A DNA stretch of 57,549 nt from Clostridia bacterium (GCA_017848335.1 JAGDAX010000163.1:1-57549); one strand, 5' to 3'. Positions 1-9,870 are shown, counted from the first letter of the stretch. Notes: a model not told the origin generated them from the sequence alone. Made by a program: numbers and translations.

Positions 1-90
1 GGTTTCAGCTGATTTCAGTTCAACATTCTGGAATTCTGAACGACGTTGCTGGATCTTTCTAACCAATAAAATCAGTTCTTCCTCGCGCAT
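1..90 (-). CDS. 5' end of a putative AlbA_2/Schlafen-domain DNA/ATP-binding protein (runs off the window edge)
   Basis: Not in the ORF track. Manual translation from ATG at 90 gives MREEELILLVRKIQQRRSEFQNVELKSAET, with an AGGAGG RBS at about 101-106. The 'E-x-x-x-VELK' pattern is typical of AlbA_2 N-termini. Confidence 0.6.
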   Translation of the reverse strand, partial: MREEELILLVRKIQQRRSEFQNVELKSAET

Positions 91-121
91 TGGTTGCCAA
101 CCTCCTACTATGACTATCACT

Positions 122-150
122 ATTATACCATCAAGAACGCGATTTGTCAA
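122..150 (-). promoter_or_regulatory. Sigma-A/70 promoter for the gene starting at 90
   Basis: Minus strand reads TTGACA-17 nt-TATAAT (perfect consensus) with an extended TG. Confidence 0.8.
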
Positions 151-324
151 GTATTACGCTAAATTTGACAACTTTTTTCGCGAGTTTAGCAAGCGGTTGG
201 CAAGTAGTTATTTTATTTGGCAAGTGGTTGACAAGTGCTTGCCAACTTGACAACCAATCTTTCCTTTTAAGAAACATATTTGTGTAATGGTATCACCTAT
301 GTTTTACACCTTTGCTGCATAATC

Positions 325-590
325 AAAGATATCATTCTGGACGATTTTGAATGGAGAGCGCTTGTCAAGGGTATCAACGAATATCGGAAACAGGTCATCG
401 ACGAAGACGGATTGCCCGTATCCTTTCAGAGCGTAAGATCCCGAACCCGACGGCGTACTGGCTCGACAAAGGAATCAATCGCGGCGGCAAGAAAATGCCG
501 AAAGATCCGCATCTATGGAAGTGCGTTACCGTTGGCAAGATTCTTTCAAATCAGGAATACTGCGGTGACGTGATCAATTTCAAGACCTAA
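325..590 (+). pseudogene. Fused remnants of mobile-element genes: a small ICE-type hypothetical fragment joined to an internal fragment of a large serine recombinase (TnpX-like)
   Basis: RIARILSERKIPNPTAYW...PHLWKCVTVGKILSNQEYCGDVINFKT resembles the recombinase domain of TnpX-like serine recombinases. The catalytic N-terminus is missing and the frame ends in TAA at 588-590. A different upstream frame reads IILDDFEWRALVKGINEYRKQVIDEDG. Confidence 0.65.
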
Positions 591-789
591 CATACGATTT
601 AACCCCTAATAGCGGCCAAAATCTACCTGCTCGATTAACCATCGAGCAGTTTTTATATCCGAAAACCCTCACCGGAAATCCCATATGGTAAAAAAACAAA
701 TCCCAATCTAAGTCGACAAGGCGGAGGTGCAGCGGCACTCGGCACTCTCGTCCGCGCAGCGCTCTCTGGCCTCTGGCCTTTCTCGGCAC

Positions 790-2979
790 TCACCCCTGCC
801 CCTCCTGGCTCTCTTTCTCCAGCGCCCGGTAATCCACCTTTCCCACCGGCGTCTTGGGCAGGCTCTCCCTGAACTCGACGACCGAGGGCACAGAGATCTT
901 CATCATGCGCTCTTTGCAGAAGGAGCGGATGTCATTCTTGAGCATCTCGGACGGGGCCACGCCCTTCTTCAGCACCACGAAGGCCTTGACTTTTTCCATC
1001 TTGTAGTCGTCCTTGATGCCGATGACGCAGCAGGAATCCACGTCCGGGTGTGTGCAGACCATGTTTTCCACCACCGACGGGTAAACGTTGTAGCCCGACG
1101 TCACGATGAGCCGCTTGAGGCGCTGCCTGAAGTAGACGAAGCCGTCCTCGTCAATGACGCCCAGGTCGCCGGTGTGGAGCCAGATCTTGCCGTCCTTGTG
1201 AACGCGAAGAGCGTCGGCGGTCTCCTTCTCGTTGTCGATGTAGCCCTTCATCACCAGCGGCCCGCGAAGAACGATCTCGCCCTCAGAGCCCGCGGGAAGC
1301 GAATCCACCGTGCCCGGCTTCACGATGTCGTAGTAATGGTCGGAGTAAGGTATGCCGATGCTGCCGCGCCTGGCTCCCTTGCGGGGCGTAAGGCAGGACG
1401 CAGTGACGCACTCTGTGGTGCCGTAGCCTTCGCGGATCTCCACGGTGGCGCGGTGCTTCCTGAGGAAGTCGTCCACGCGGTCCTTGAGCTCCGGAAGAAG
1501 CGTATCGCCGCCGGAATAAACGCCCACCAGGAAGGACAGGTCCGCATTCTCGAGCTGCTTCGAGCGCAGAAGGGCCTCAAAAAGCGTGGGCACACCGGGG
1601 ATGAAATTCGGCTTCTTGGTGCGCAGTACCTTCGCGTAGCCCTCGATGGAGAAGCGCGGCATCAGAATGCAGCAGATCCCGAAATAGATGGGCATGTGAA
1701 TGCCTATGCCCAGTCCGAAGCCGTGGAACAGGGGCATCACCGACAGCATTTTGTATTCCGGCTTTATCTCCTCGACCCCGGCAATGCGCGTCTCCAGCGC
1801 CAGCGCATTAAGGTTCAGGTCCGTCAGCATGATGCCTTTGGGCTCTCCGGTGGTGCCTCCGCTGAAGAGGATCACGGCGGTGTCGTCCGGCTTCTTGCCG
1901 GTCCTGTAGTTGCATTCAATGTCGCAGCAAGAGCGCCTGCTCTCATTTACGGGCCTGCTTTCATTCGCGGGCCTGCTCTCATTTGCGGGCCTGCTCTCAT
2001 TTGCGGGCCTGCTCTCATCCGCGGGCCTTCCGCCTTCGCCGGTGCGCTTCCCGGGCTCGTCCGCAAGAATGCGTCCCTCGGCCATAAACCTCCGCCAGCT
2101 CATTGCGTTCGGAGGCAGCTTTCTGCCTGGAATGCGGTCCTTGTTGATGAACTTGTACATGAAGCCCTTGGTGCGGGAAAGGCCGTCGCCGATCGAGGTC
2201 ACGACGGTCATGATTTTCTGGCCCGTGGCCTCGCCGTAGTCCATTGCCGCGCGGTAGTTCTTCTTGAAAAACATGTCCACCGTCACCACGGCCTTGCTTT
2301 TGGACAGCCTGATGTATTGCAGGATCTCGTTCTCGGCGGACAGCGGGTGAATCATTGCCGGCACCGCGCCGATCATGCTGAGGCCGTAGAAGCAGTAGAG
2401 CGCCTGGGGGATGTTGGGGAGCGACAAGGTCACGGCGTCGCCGGGCCTTATTCCCATTGCGTAAAAGCTGCGTCCGGCCAGGACCGCCATCTTTTTCAGC
2501 TTTTTGTATGAAATCTTCGTGCCCTCGAAGTCTATTGCCGCGGCGGCCGGGTTCCTGCTTTCGGAATCCGCAAGGGCCTCGAAAAGAGTTTTCTTAGGAT
2601 AAAGGAGCAGGAATTTGTCCGTCCCGTAGTGCTTCAGCCAGCGTTCGCGGGATTTCATCTCCTCCCAGGGGCTGCCGGGCTCGACGTCGAAAAAGCCCGA
2701 AGCGGCATTGCCGGCATTGGCAGAAGTGCCGGAAGGCGCCGCAGAAGTATCCGCGTTGGCAGAAGTGCCGGAAGGCGCCGCAGAAGTATCCGCGTTGGCA
2801 GAAGTGCCGGAAGGCGCCGCAGAAGGCGCAGCAATATCCGCTGCATCCGCGCCGTCCGCTCTTCCCGCGGCGTCCGCATTGTCCGACGTGTCCGCCGTAT
2901 CCGCTGTGTCCGCATTATCCAACGTGTCCGCCGTATCCGCTGTGTCCGCATTGTTCTTTAAACAGTCAAAAGAATCCAT
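790..2979 (-). CDS. Long-chain fatty acid--CoA ligase / AMP-binding enzyme with low-complexity insertions
   Basis: AMP-binding signature ILFSGGTTGEPKG, plus EGYGTTE, WLHTGDLG and LPKTPVGK. Start placed at ATG 2979 (GGAGG RBS at 2984-2988) rather than the ORF-track 3030. Confidence 0.9.
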   Translation of the reverse strand: MDSFDCLKNNADTADTADTLDNADTADTADTSDNADAAGRADGADAADIAAPSAAPSGTSANADTSAAPSGTSANADTSAAPSGTSANAGNAASGFFDVEPGSPWEEMKSRERWLKHYGTDKFLLLYPKKTLFEALADSESRNPAAAAIDFEGTKISYKKLKKMAVLAGRSFYAMGIRPGDAVTLSLPNIPQALYCFYGLSMIGAVPAMIHPLSAENEILQYIRLSKSKAVVTVDMFFKKNYRAAMDYGEATGQKIMTVVTSIGDGLSRTKGFMYKFINKDRIPGRKLPPNAMSWRRFMAEGRILADEPGKRTGEGGRPADESRPANESRPANESRPANESRPVNESRRSCCDIECNYRTGKKPDDTAVILFSGGTTGEPKGIMLTDLNLNALALETRIAGVEEIKPEYKMLSVMPLFHGFGLGIGIHMPIYFGICCILMPRFSIEGYAKVLRTKKPNFIPGVPTLFEALLRSKQLENADLSFLVGVYSGGDTLLPELKDRVDDFLRKHRATVEIREGYGTTECVTASCLTPRKGARRGSIGIPYSDHYYDIVKPGTVDSLPAGSEGEIVLRGPLVMKGYIDNEKETADALRVHKDGKIWLHTGDLGVIDEDGFVYFRQRLKRLIVTSGYNVYPSVVENMVCTHPDVDSCCVIGIKDDYKMEKVKAFVVLKKGVAPSEMLKNDIRSFCKERMMKISVPSVVEFRESLPKTPVGKVDYRALEKESQEGQG

Positions 2980-3065
2980 AAATCCTCCGTCAATAATTCG
3001 AAGCGGCCGTCGCCGCGGCCTTAAAGACACAAGGCAGTGCCGCTGTCTAGATTATATACTTTGCC

Positions 3066-3101
3066 AAAAAAAAAGCAAGCAATCATCACTGATTGCTCGC
3101 C
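3066..3101 (-). terminator. Rho-independent terminator
   Basis: Minus strand GCGAGCAATCA-gtga-TGATTGCTTGC followed by a 9-U run. Confidence 0.8.
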
Positions 3102-3224
3102 TTTAAAAGGGAATAGGGGGTTTTTATAATTGCGGCCTATGAAAAAGGAAAGGAGTTTGCAAATCGCCACAACAGTTAGGAGGAGGTGCCGCAATTATGT
3201 GCTCGGGGTTTGGTCCCCTTGCGT
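3066..3224 (-). ncRNA. Candidate small regulatory RNA with anti-Shine-Dalgarno loops
   Basis: TATAAT at 3230-3235 (minus strand), perfect 11-bp stem 3126-3136/3188-3198 enclosing CCUCCUCCU and CUCCUUUCCUU, and a terminator at 3066-3101. No ORF in the track. Confidence 0.55.
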
Positions 3225-3353
3225 CTCTAATTATACTCAGTTAAATTGAAACAAACTTAAAGCGCTTCCCTGCAGCAAATTCTGTTTTAAGGTTATTTTA
3301 AACGTTTGACCTGCGCGGGATTACCGGCTTCTCCATTCTGCAATGCAGCGAAT

Positions 3354-4805
3354 TCACTCCCTGAGCGCCGCACCCTTCTCCGCGGTCTCCAGAATCTTGC
3401 GCCCCTTGACCTCGCCGGCGTGCTTCTCGAGCATCGGGATAATATCTCCGCCAAGGTGCCGCAGCGACACGGGCCCGTTAATGCACCCTCCGACGCAGGC
3501 CATGCCCTCGATGAAGTTCCCGTCAGCCCTGCCGTAGACGGCCTTTCTGAGCGTTTTAATGCACTCCTCGGTGCCCGCGGCAATGCAGGTCTTGATCTCG
3601 AAGCTGTCCTCAAGGCCCTCGGATTCCTCGCGCATCGCCTTGGTGACCGCAGTGGCCACGCCGCCCGATCTTGCGAAATTGCGCCCGTATCTGGAAGCAT
3701 CCGCCACGTTCACGGGCTCCAGCGCAGCAATATCAATATTCCGCGCATCGAAAAGCGCGTCCATTTCCTCGAAGGTGATCACGTTGTCAATGAAGGGCTT
3801 CACCTCTGCCAGCTCGGCCTCGGCCTTCTTGGCGGTGCAGGGCCCGATGAACACCACCTTTGCCCCCGGCAGCCTTTCCTTTACGTGCATCGCCGCCATG
3901 ACCATAGGCGAAGGCGTTTCCGAAATCTGGGCCGCCAGCTCCGGGAATTTCTTCCTGACAAGCGACACAAACGCGGGGCAGCAGGAGCTCATGAGGGTAC
4001 CCTTGTCGGCAAGCTCCCTGGCCTCCCTGGCCGCAGTCATATCCGCGCCAAGAGCCGCCTCCGTCACGTGCGTGAAGCCCAGCTTCAGCAGCCCGGCCAC
4101 CACCTGATCCACGTGAACGTTCTTGTACTGCACCGCCACGGAGGGCGCCACCACGGCCACCAGCTTCCGGTTCGGATTGTCGCGGGCCTCCTTCAGAAGC
4201 TCCACGGTCTCGAGCACAAAGGACTTCTCGACAATAGCCCCAAAAGGACACTGGTTGACGCACGCGCCGCATACCGTGCAATCCTGCTGGCGAACCGTGG
4301 CGGCGCCGTCCTCGTCCATACCGATAGCGCCGGTCTGACACGCATTCTCGCAGGGTCTCCTGTAATTCACCACCGCGGCGTAAGGGCACACCTGGGAGCA
4401 CTTGCCGCACTGGACGCACTTCTCCACGTCAATATGAGCCCGCTGCTTCTCGTTGAAGGTGATCGCACCCCTGGGGCACACCGCCTCGCACCTGTGGGCA
4501 AGGCAGCCCCTGCAATTATCCGTCACCTGGTACCCGCCCTTGGCGCACTCGTCGCAGGCGATGCTTATGACCTGAACGATGTCCGGCCCGCAAAGCCCCA
4601 TGGCCACCTTGATCCTCTCCGCGAGAATAGCTCTCTCCTTGTAAACGCAGCACCGCATGGTGGGCTTGTTGCCGGGAATGATCTTCTGCGGAATGTTAAG
4701 CACGGTCTCCGCAAGCTTGCTCTCGAAGGCCGCCTCAGCCACATATTTAATGACCATGTGCTTTATATGCTGTACTCTTGTCTCAAAATTATACTCTTTT
4801 GGCAA
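3354..4805 (-). CDS. Monomeric [FeFe]-hydrogenase (group B-like) with N-terminal 4Fe-4S ferredoxin motifs
   Basis: H-cluster motifs SSCCPAF, GPCTAKKAE and EGMACVGGCING. CxxCxxCxxxCP motifs CVQCGKCSQVCP and CTVCGACVNQCP. TTG start with GGAGG RBS. Confidence 0.85.
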   Translation of the reverse strand: MPKEYNFETRVQHIKHMVIKYVAEAAFESKLAETVLNIPQKIIPGNKPTMRCCVYKERAILAERIKVAMGLCGPDIVQVISIACDECAKGGYQVTDNCRGCLAHRCEAVCPRGAITFNEKQRAHIDVEKCVQCGKCSQVCPYAAVVNYRRPCENACQTGAIGMDEDGAATVRQQDCTVCGACVNQCPFGAIVEKSFVLETVELLKEARDNPNRKLVAVVAPSVAVQYKNVHVDQVVAGLLKLGFTHVTEAALGADMTAAREARELADKGTLMSSCCPAFVSLVRKKFPELAAQISETPSPMVMAAMHVKERLPGAKVVFIGPCTAKKAEAELAEVKPFIDNVITFEEMDALFDARNIDIAALEPVNVADASRYGRNFARSGGVATAVTKAMREESEGLEDSFEIKTCIAAGTEECIKTLRKAVYGRADGNFIEGMACVGGCINGPVSLRHLGGDIIPMLEKHAGEVKGRKILETAEKGAALRE

Positions 4806-4912
4806 AATTGCGCCTCCGATAATGTAGTTTGGTTTTGGTAGTGCCCGGTGCCTGAAACAGGCCAGAGGCTACAGGCCAGAGGCCGGAGCGCAGCTGCGCG
4901 GACGCAAAAAGC

Positions 4913-7219
4913 TCACCTGACCTTAAAGATCTCGATCCCCTGGCTGTCGTAAACCTTCTCGTAATTCGCCCTCAAATAGTCCGTGATGAGGTCACTGCCG
5001 AACTCGCCGCGCTCGTAATCGCCCACGTACACGTAGTCGATGCCGGCCGACTCCTTGGCGGACTCAAAGAAGGCCGCGTCCGTAAACATACGGCGCATAA
5101 AGACTTCGCGGGATCTGTAATTGACGCCGTGGAAATAGAGGAACGTGCCCGCGCCCACGTAAATGTTCCTGCCCGTCAGCGCCGCAATGGCGTTGTTGTG
5201 GTTGTTCTTGCAGAGGAATACCGCCGTAGGCTCCGTGTTTTCCCCGATCCAGAAGGCCGCCTGCGTGTTGGCCTTGTTGTACAGCTGGTAAGCCGGCCCG
5301 GTGTTCTTTTCCTTGTTGCGCAGGCCGGAGACGTATTCGCGGGCAATCGTCAGCGAGCCCGGCAATATCATCACGATAATGAGAATCGCCGCGGCAAAGC
5401 GGATGCCCCGGATGTCCTTGAGGCGCTCCATGACCTTGCCGAACAGATCCGCCGTCATTATGGCCACAAAAAGGTACCATACAAAGAACAGCTTGATATT
5501 GTCGTACAGGTTGGGCTGGAACACGATAAGCTCCGCCACGAGGAAGATCAGGAATGCCCCGGTGTAGGCCATGCGCTTGTGCTTCTCCGCGCTGAGAAAG
5601 GCGGTGGGGATGAGCAGGAACGCGATGCCCACGTTCTTGACCCAAAACCATATCCAGCTGTCGCCGGCCTCGCTGTTGGACCAGTTGAACACAAACCGCA
5701 GGAAGTGCTCGCCGCCCACGGCATTGAAGGTCCACTGGAGCAGCTGCGGCACGGAAAGGAGCAGCGCCGGAATGCCGAAGGCCAGCCACGAAAGCAGCGT
5801 GCCTGTTTTCATCCTGTCCCTAATGAGGCTCACCGCGATCCACGCGATGGCAATGAGTCCCACCGCAAAATAGGAGTGGGTGTGCACCATCGGCAGCAGC
5901 CCGGCCATTATTCCAGCGGGCAGGAAGTAGCTCTTCTTCTCCTCAAACACCGCCCGGTAGAGCACGTATATCACCGCAAAAAGGCAGCACCACCCGAAAA
6001 GCGTGGCCCTCTGCGGCAGAAGCATGTCCGCGATGACGTTGGTCCACCTGACGTTCTCGCCCACCAGATTGGTGGGAGTTTCGTAAAACGCCGTGAATAT
6101 GCGGGTGAAATTCTTGGGCTCGGTCTTGGTCCCGTCAAGGAAATAGAACAGCCCCAGGCCGCCGTCCAGAAGGAAAAGCACGTAAGCCACAGCCGTCCGG
6201 CCGGTCTTCTTGAGAATGACCCCGGCAAGGCACCACACGCCCATAAACACCAGCAGGAACGCCCCGAACATAGGCACCATATAGGCCCAGCGGAGCGGCG
6301 TGCCGAAAAGCAGCAGCGACGACGAAACCGAGTCGCACAGGAATGGGTAATTGAGGGGCTCGACGCCGCCCATCAGCGAATAGGCCGGCGGGAACATGTT
6401 CTGGTTCGCGATGCTTGTGACGAAGCCGAGATGCATGTTCATGTCGCCGTAGGTGCACTGGCCCGTGTAAAAGCTGCCGTCGTCGTAGTTCAGCGTGTGC
6501 GACAGGAGCATCAATATCACCAGCACCAGGAAGGGCACCACCGCGATAATGAGCGCCGCGTCGTCCTTCGTGAATTTTGTGAGGAATTTGCGGAAGGGCT
6601 CCGCCGCCCGCGCAAGAAGCATCCTGGGCGACACGGGGGCTTTGGGGGAAGCGCCGCCGAAGGCGTTTCGGAAAAAGCTGCCAAAGGCCGGGCCTGCGGC
6701 GGCCGCGTTTGTTTGGTCTGCCCCGGCGGTTTGACCGCCGGTTTGCCCGGCTGCCCGGCCTGTTGTCTGACCGGCTGTTTGATTGGCTGTTTTTTCGGCC
6801 GTTTGCCCGGCTGTTTGTTCTGTTTGGGCGCCTGCCCGGGCGAAGTCAGCGTTTGCCTGCCCGGTATCCGCTACGGTAAACAGAGTCTCCTGCTGCTCGT
6901 CAGCGTCGCCGAAGTCCGTGAGCGACCGCCTCTCCGGGGATGCCGCGGCGGGATCTCTTCCGGCGTCGAAACAGGCCTTGCCGAGCACCAGCGCCGCCAC
7001 CGTGACCAGCGAAAGCACCATGCCGAGAATATGCGAACTCACCGTGAAGCCCATCATAAACGAGAAGGGCACGTGGGACCACATAAGAAGCAGCATGCCG
7101 CAAACGCCGCCAAGCCAGATCTTTACGAGAAAGGATTTCTCTTTCGCGAAAAGCACGGCCCCGGCGGTTATTCCGAGAGTTATGTAGAAAAGAAAAAGTA
7201 ATATTCCACCCATAATCAT
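4913..7219 (-). CDS. Large polytopic membrane protein, probable GT-C-fold glycosyltransferase-like
   Basis: Many hydrophobic segments. A loop after the early TMs (YGDMNMHLGFVTSI...FPP...YPFL) and a C-terminal extracytoplasmic domain (GIDYVYVG) resemble lipid-linked-sugar GT-C enzymes. Contains an AGQT-repeat insertion. Confidence 0.6.
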   Translation of the reverse strand: MIMGGILLFLFYITLGITAGAVLFAKEKSFLVKIWLGGVCGMLLLMWSHVPFSFMMGFTVSSHILGMVLSLVTVAALVLGKACFDAGRDPAAASPERRSLTDFGDADEQQETLFTVADTGQANADFARAGAQTEQTAGQTAEKTANQTAGQTTGRAAGQTGGQTAGADQTNAAAAGPAFGSFFRNAFGGASPKAPVSPRMLLARAAEPFRKFLTKFTKDDAALIIAVVPFLVLVILMLLSHTLNYDDGSFYTGQCTYGDMNMHLGFVTSIANQNMFPPAYSLMGGVEPLNYPFLCDSVSSSLLLFGTPLRWAYMVPMFGAFLLVFMGVWCLAGVILKKTGRTAVAYVLFLLDGGLGLFYFLDGTKTEPKNFTRIFTAFYETPTNLVGENVRWTNVIADMLLPQRATLFGWCCLFAVIYVLYRAVFEEKKSYFLPAGIMAGLLPMVHTHSYFAVGLIAIAWIAVSLIRDRMKTGTLLSWLAFGIPALLLSVPQLLQWTFNAVGGEHFLRFVFNWSNSEAGDSWIWFWVKNVGIAFLLIPTAFLSAEKHKRMAYTGAFLIFLVAELIVFQPNLYDNIKLFFVWYLFVAIMTADLFGKVMERLKDIRGIRFAAAILIIVMILPGSLTIAREYVSGLRNKEKNTGPAYQLYNKANTQAAFWIGENTEPTAVFLCKNNHNNAIAALTGRNIYVGAGTFLYFHGVNYRSREVFMRRMFTDAAFFESAKESAGIDYVYVGDYERGEFGSDLITDYLRANYEKVYDSQGIEIFKVR

Positions 7220-7263
7220 TCATCCGGCCCGGTGCCGCCAACGGCAGGCCCGCCGCGAGACCA

Positions 7264-7819
7264 TCGTCACTTGCGTAAAGAGCATTTAATCAGCAAGGCT
7301 GTGTAAATGCTGATTTAACAGCTATTTTTGCGTGCGCGACCCTGAAGCTGTACGAAGGTACTGCGAACGGGGAGCTCGCGCAAAGCAAGTGACGAATTAA
7401 AGTCGTAAGACACCTTGTTTCGCTCAAGTTACGCGGGAAGTTGAGTAAGACACCTTGTTTCACTCAAGTTACGCGGAAAGTTGAATTTCAGCTCAAATTT
7501 CGCTTATCTCTCATGTTGATAAATCTCGTCACTTGCGTAAAGAGCATTTAATCAGCAAGTCTGTGTAAATGCTGATTTAATAGCTATTTTTGCGTGCGCG
7601 ACCCTGAAGCTGTACGAAGGTACTGCGAATGGGGAGCTCGCGCAAAGCAAGTGACGAATTAAAGTCGTAAGACACCTTGTTTCACTCAAGCTACGCGGAA
7701 AGTTGAGTAAGGACACCTTGTTTCGCTCAAGTTACGCGGAAAGTTGAATTTCAGCTCAAATTTCGCTTATCTCTCATTTTGACAATATCGTCACTTGCGT
7801 AAAGAGCATTTAATCAGCA
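7264..7819. repeat. Tandem 262-bp structured element (two full copies plus a 32-bp partial third), MITE/REP-like
   Basis: TCGTCACTTGCGTAAAGAGCATTTAATCAGCA occurs at 7264, 7526 and 7788, and the intervening sequences are nearly identical. Internal inverted repeat TCGTCACTTGC...GCAAGTGACGA and an internal ~41-bp tandem. Confidence 0.9.
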
Positions 7820-8502
7820 TTTACCGCGGGGTATTCGTTGCAGAGCAGCCTGTACGGCGGCTCGTCCTCGTCGATCGCCGGGAACCTTCCGGCGGGAGGA
7901 TTGAAGCGGTTGTCGTTGTTGTCGTCGTTGCACTGGCTGACCTCGCCCAGCAGCACGTCGCCGGAACCGGGCTCCACCGAAAAGTCGTGGTACAGCCGCT
8001 GCGTGATGTGGATGCTCTCGCCGGGCGTAAGCCTCACCTGCGTACCCGCGGGCACCGTATAGGTGCGGCCGTCGCAATGCACCGTCACGTCGGACTCGTA
8101 GTCAATCTCCTCGTCGGGCAGCGCATTGTACACCCTGATGAGAATGTTGCCGCCGCCGCGGTTTATGATATCCTCGGTCTTGTACCAGTGGAAGTGGTTC
8201 AGCGCGTACTGGCCCTCCTTGAGGAACAGTATCTTTTCGGCATATACCTTGGGGTACTTGTCGGGCATGAGGCGGTTGCCGTTCCTTATGGTGATGAGCG
8301 AGAAGCCCACCTCGTCGAACTTGCCGAGGCCGTAGTCGGTGATGTCCCAGCCCAGCATGCATTCGCGGACCTCGTCATATTCGTGGCCCAGCGTCTGCCA
8401 TTGCTCCGGCGTGAAGCCGCAGAAGGGCGGCAGCATAAATTGGTGCTTTTCGCACATTGCCTCCAGCTCTTTGAGCGCCTTGTTTATTTCCGATCTTTTC
8501 AT
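7810..8502 (-). CDS. D-lyxose/D-mannose family sugar isomerase (cupin)
   Basis: MKRSEIN start, LGWDITDYG, YAEK, HFHWYKTEDIINRGGG and GEVSQCNDDNNDNRF motifs. Confidence 0.9.
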   Translation of the reverse strand: MKRSEINKALKELEAMCEKHQFMLPPFCGFTPEQWQTLGHEYDEVRECMLGWDITDYGLGKFDEVGFSLITIRNGNRLMPDKYPKVYAEKILFLKEGQYALNHFHWYKTEDIINRGGGNILIRVYNALPDEEIDYESDVTVHCDGRTYTVPAGTQVRLTPGESIHITQRLYHDFSVEPGSGDVLLGEVSQCNDDNNDNRFNPPAGRFPAIDEDEPPYRLLCNEYPAVNAD

Positions 8503-8670
8503 GAAATTTCTCCTTTCGGTTTTGGCTGACCCTTTTGGGAATTCGGTTCAAATCGTTTTGGCTGACCGCTTGTGGCGGCCGCACGGGCGACCCGGTTTGG
8601 TCGATTCCGTTCAAATCGCTTTAGGGCTCAGGCTCAAGTCGTCCTGGGGCGACCCTTCCCGGGCCCCGGT

Positions 8671-9870
8671 TCAAAATTCGCTTTCCGCATTGATGACCGC
8701 GTGCAGGCTTCTGTCCTCCTCACGCAGCTTCTCCTTGACGGTTTTCACCGCCTCCTTGCGCTCGGCGATGCTCATTTCCGTCGGCACCACCAGGTCGAAA
8801 ATCAAATTGACCCAGTCCTCGCCGTCGGTTATTCTGAAATCGTGTATCGAGAAGGCTCCGTTGACGCCGACGCATATCCGCTCGGTCATTTCGCGCAGCG
8901 CGTCAACACGCGGGCTGTCGTTCACCACCGGATCCATGTGGACCACCAGCACCACGCCGAGCTCGCGCTGGACGTCATTCTCGATCTTGTCGATGGTCTC
9001 GTGAAGCTCCATCATATTGCCCTTGTACGGCACCTCGGCATGGGCGGAGGCGAAAACTCTTCCCGGGCCGTAGTCGTGCACGATCAGGTCGTGTATCCCG
9101 AGAATATCCTTCCCGGATGTCACGTGCTTCTTGATTTCCGACACCAGCAAGGGATCCGGCGCGCCGCCGAGAATCCTGTTCACCACGTCGCGGGCGATGC
9201 AAAAGCCGCTCCACAGTATGAACAGCGACATCACAAGGCCTATGATCCCGTCGAAGGGCACCTTCGAAATGAAGCTCCCCGCGTACCGGCTGCCCCCGAA
9301 AATATAAGCCAGCACCGCGCCTGCAATGGCGGCCAGAGTCCTCAGCGAGTCCCACAGACTGTCCTTGGCGGCGGCCAGAAGCAGCGTCGACCCGATGGCC
9401 CTGCCCAGCTTGCGGTTGACTGCCCACAGCCTGATCTTGATGCCGATGGACAGCACCAGGATGACGATCATGGGGAGAGACAGCTTTACGGGCTCCGGAT
9501 GAATAATTCCCTCGACCGAGGACTTCAGCATTTCCGCGCCCACCACCATGATGACCATGGCCATGACGAGGGAAGCCACGTATTCCACGCGGCCGTGTCC
9601 GAAGGGGTGCTCCCTGTCAGGCTGCTTGCCGGAAAGCCTCGCGCTCACCAGCGTCACCACGGACGTTCCCAAATCGGAGAGGTTGTTGAAGGCGTCGGAC
9701 GTTATTGCGATACTCGCGGAGATTATCCCGATAATGAGCTTCACCGCAAACAGTATCCCGTTATAGACGATCCCCAGAACCCCGGAAAGCACCGTATACC
9801 GCGACCTCACCGCCGGATTGCCTGTGTCCCCGCTGTTTTTTATGAATTTTCTAACCCAAAAATCCGTCAT
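8671..9870 (-). CDS. Cation diffusion facilitator family transporter
   Basis: SDAFNNLSD, PDREHPFGHGRVEY and HDLIVHDYGPGR motifs, with multiple TMs. Its start overlaps the upstream stop (ATGA). Confidence 0.92.
   Translation of the reverse strand: MTDFWVRKFIKNSGDTGNPAVRSRYTVLSGVLGIVYNGILFAVKLIIGIISASIAITSDAFNNLSDLGTSVVTLVSARLSGKQPDREHPFGHGRVEYVASLVMAMVIMVVGAEMLKSSVEGIIHPEPVKLSLPMIVILVLSIGIKIRLWAVNRKLGRAIGSTLLLAAAKDSLWDSLRTLAAIAGAVLAYIFGGSRYAGSFISKVPFDGIIGLVMSLFILWSGFCIARDVVNRILGGAPDPLLVSEIKKHVTSGKDILGIHDLIVHDYGPGRVFASAHAEVPYKGNMMELHETIDKIENDVQRELGVVLVVHMDPVVNDSPRVDALREMTERICVGVNGAFSIHDFRITDGEDWVNLIFDLVVPTEMSIAERKEAVKTVKEKLREEDRSLHAVINAESEF

Noticed and set aside
727-2511. Long plus-strand ORF, and similar antisense ORFs such as 3306..4841, 5129..7201, 8572..9879, 11653..13167, 28893..30575 and 50526..52409
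   Set aside because: These are shadow frames opposite well-supported genes in GC-rich DNA. They have no motifs or RBS.
7264-7819. CRISPR array (32-bp repeat x3)
   Set aside because: The intervening sequences are about 230 bp and nearly identical to each other, and there are no cas genes.
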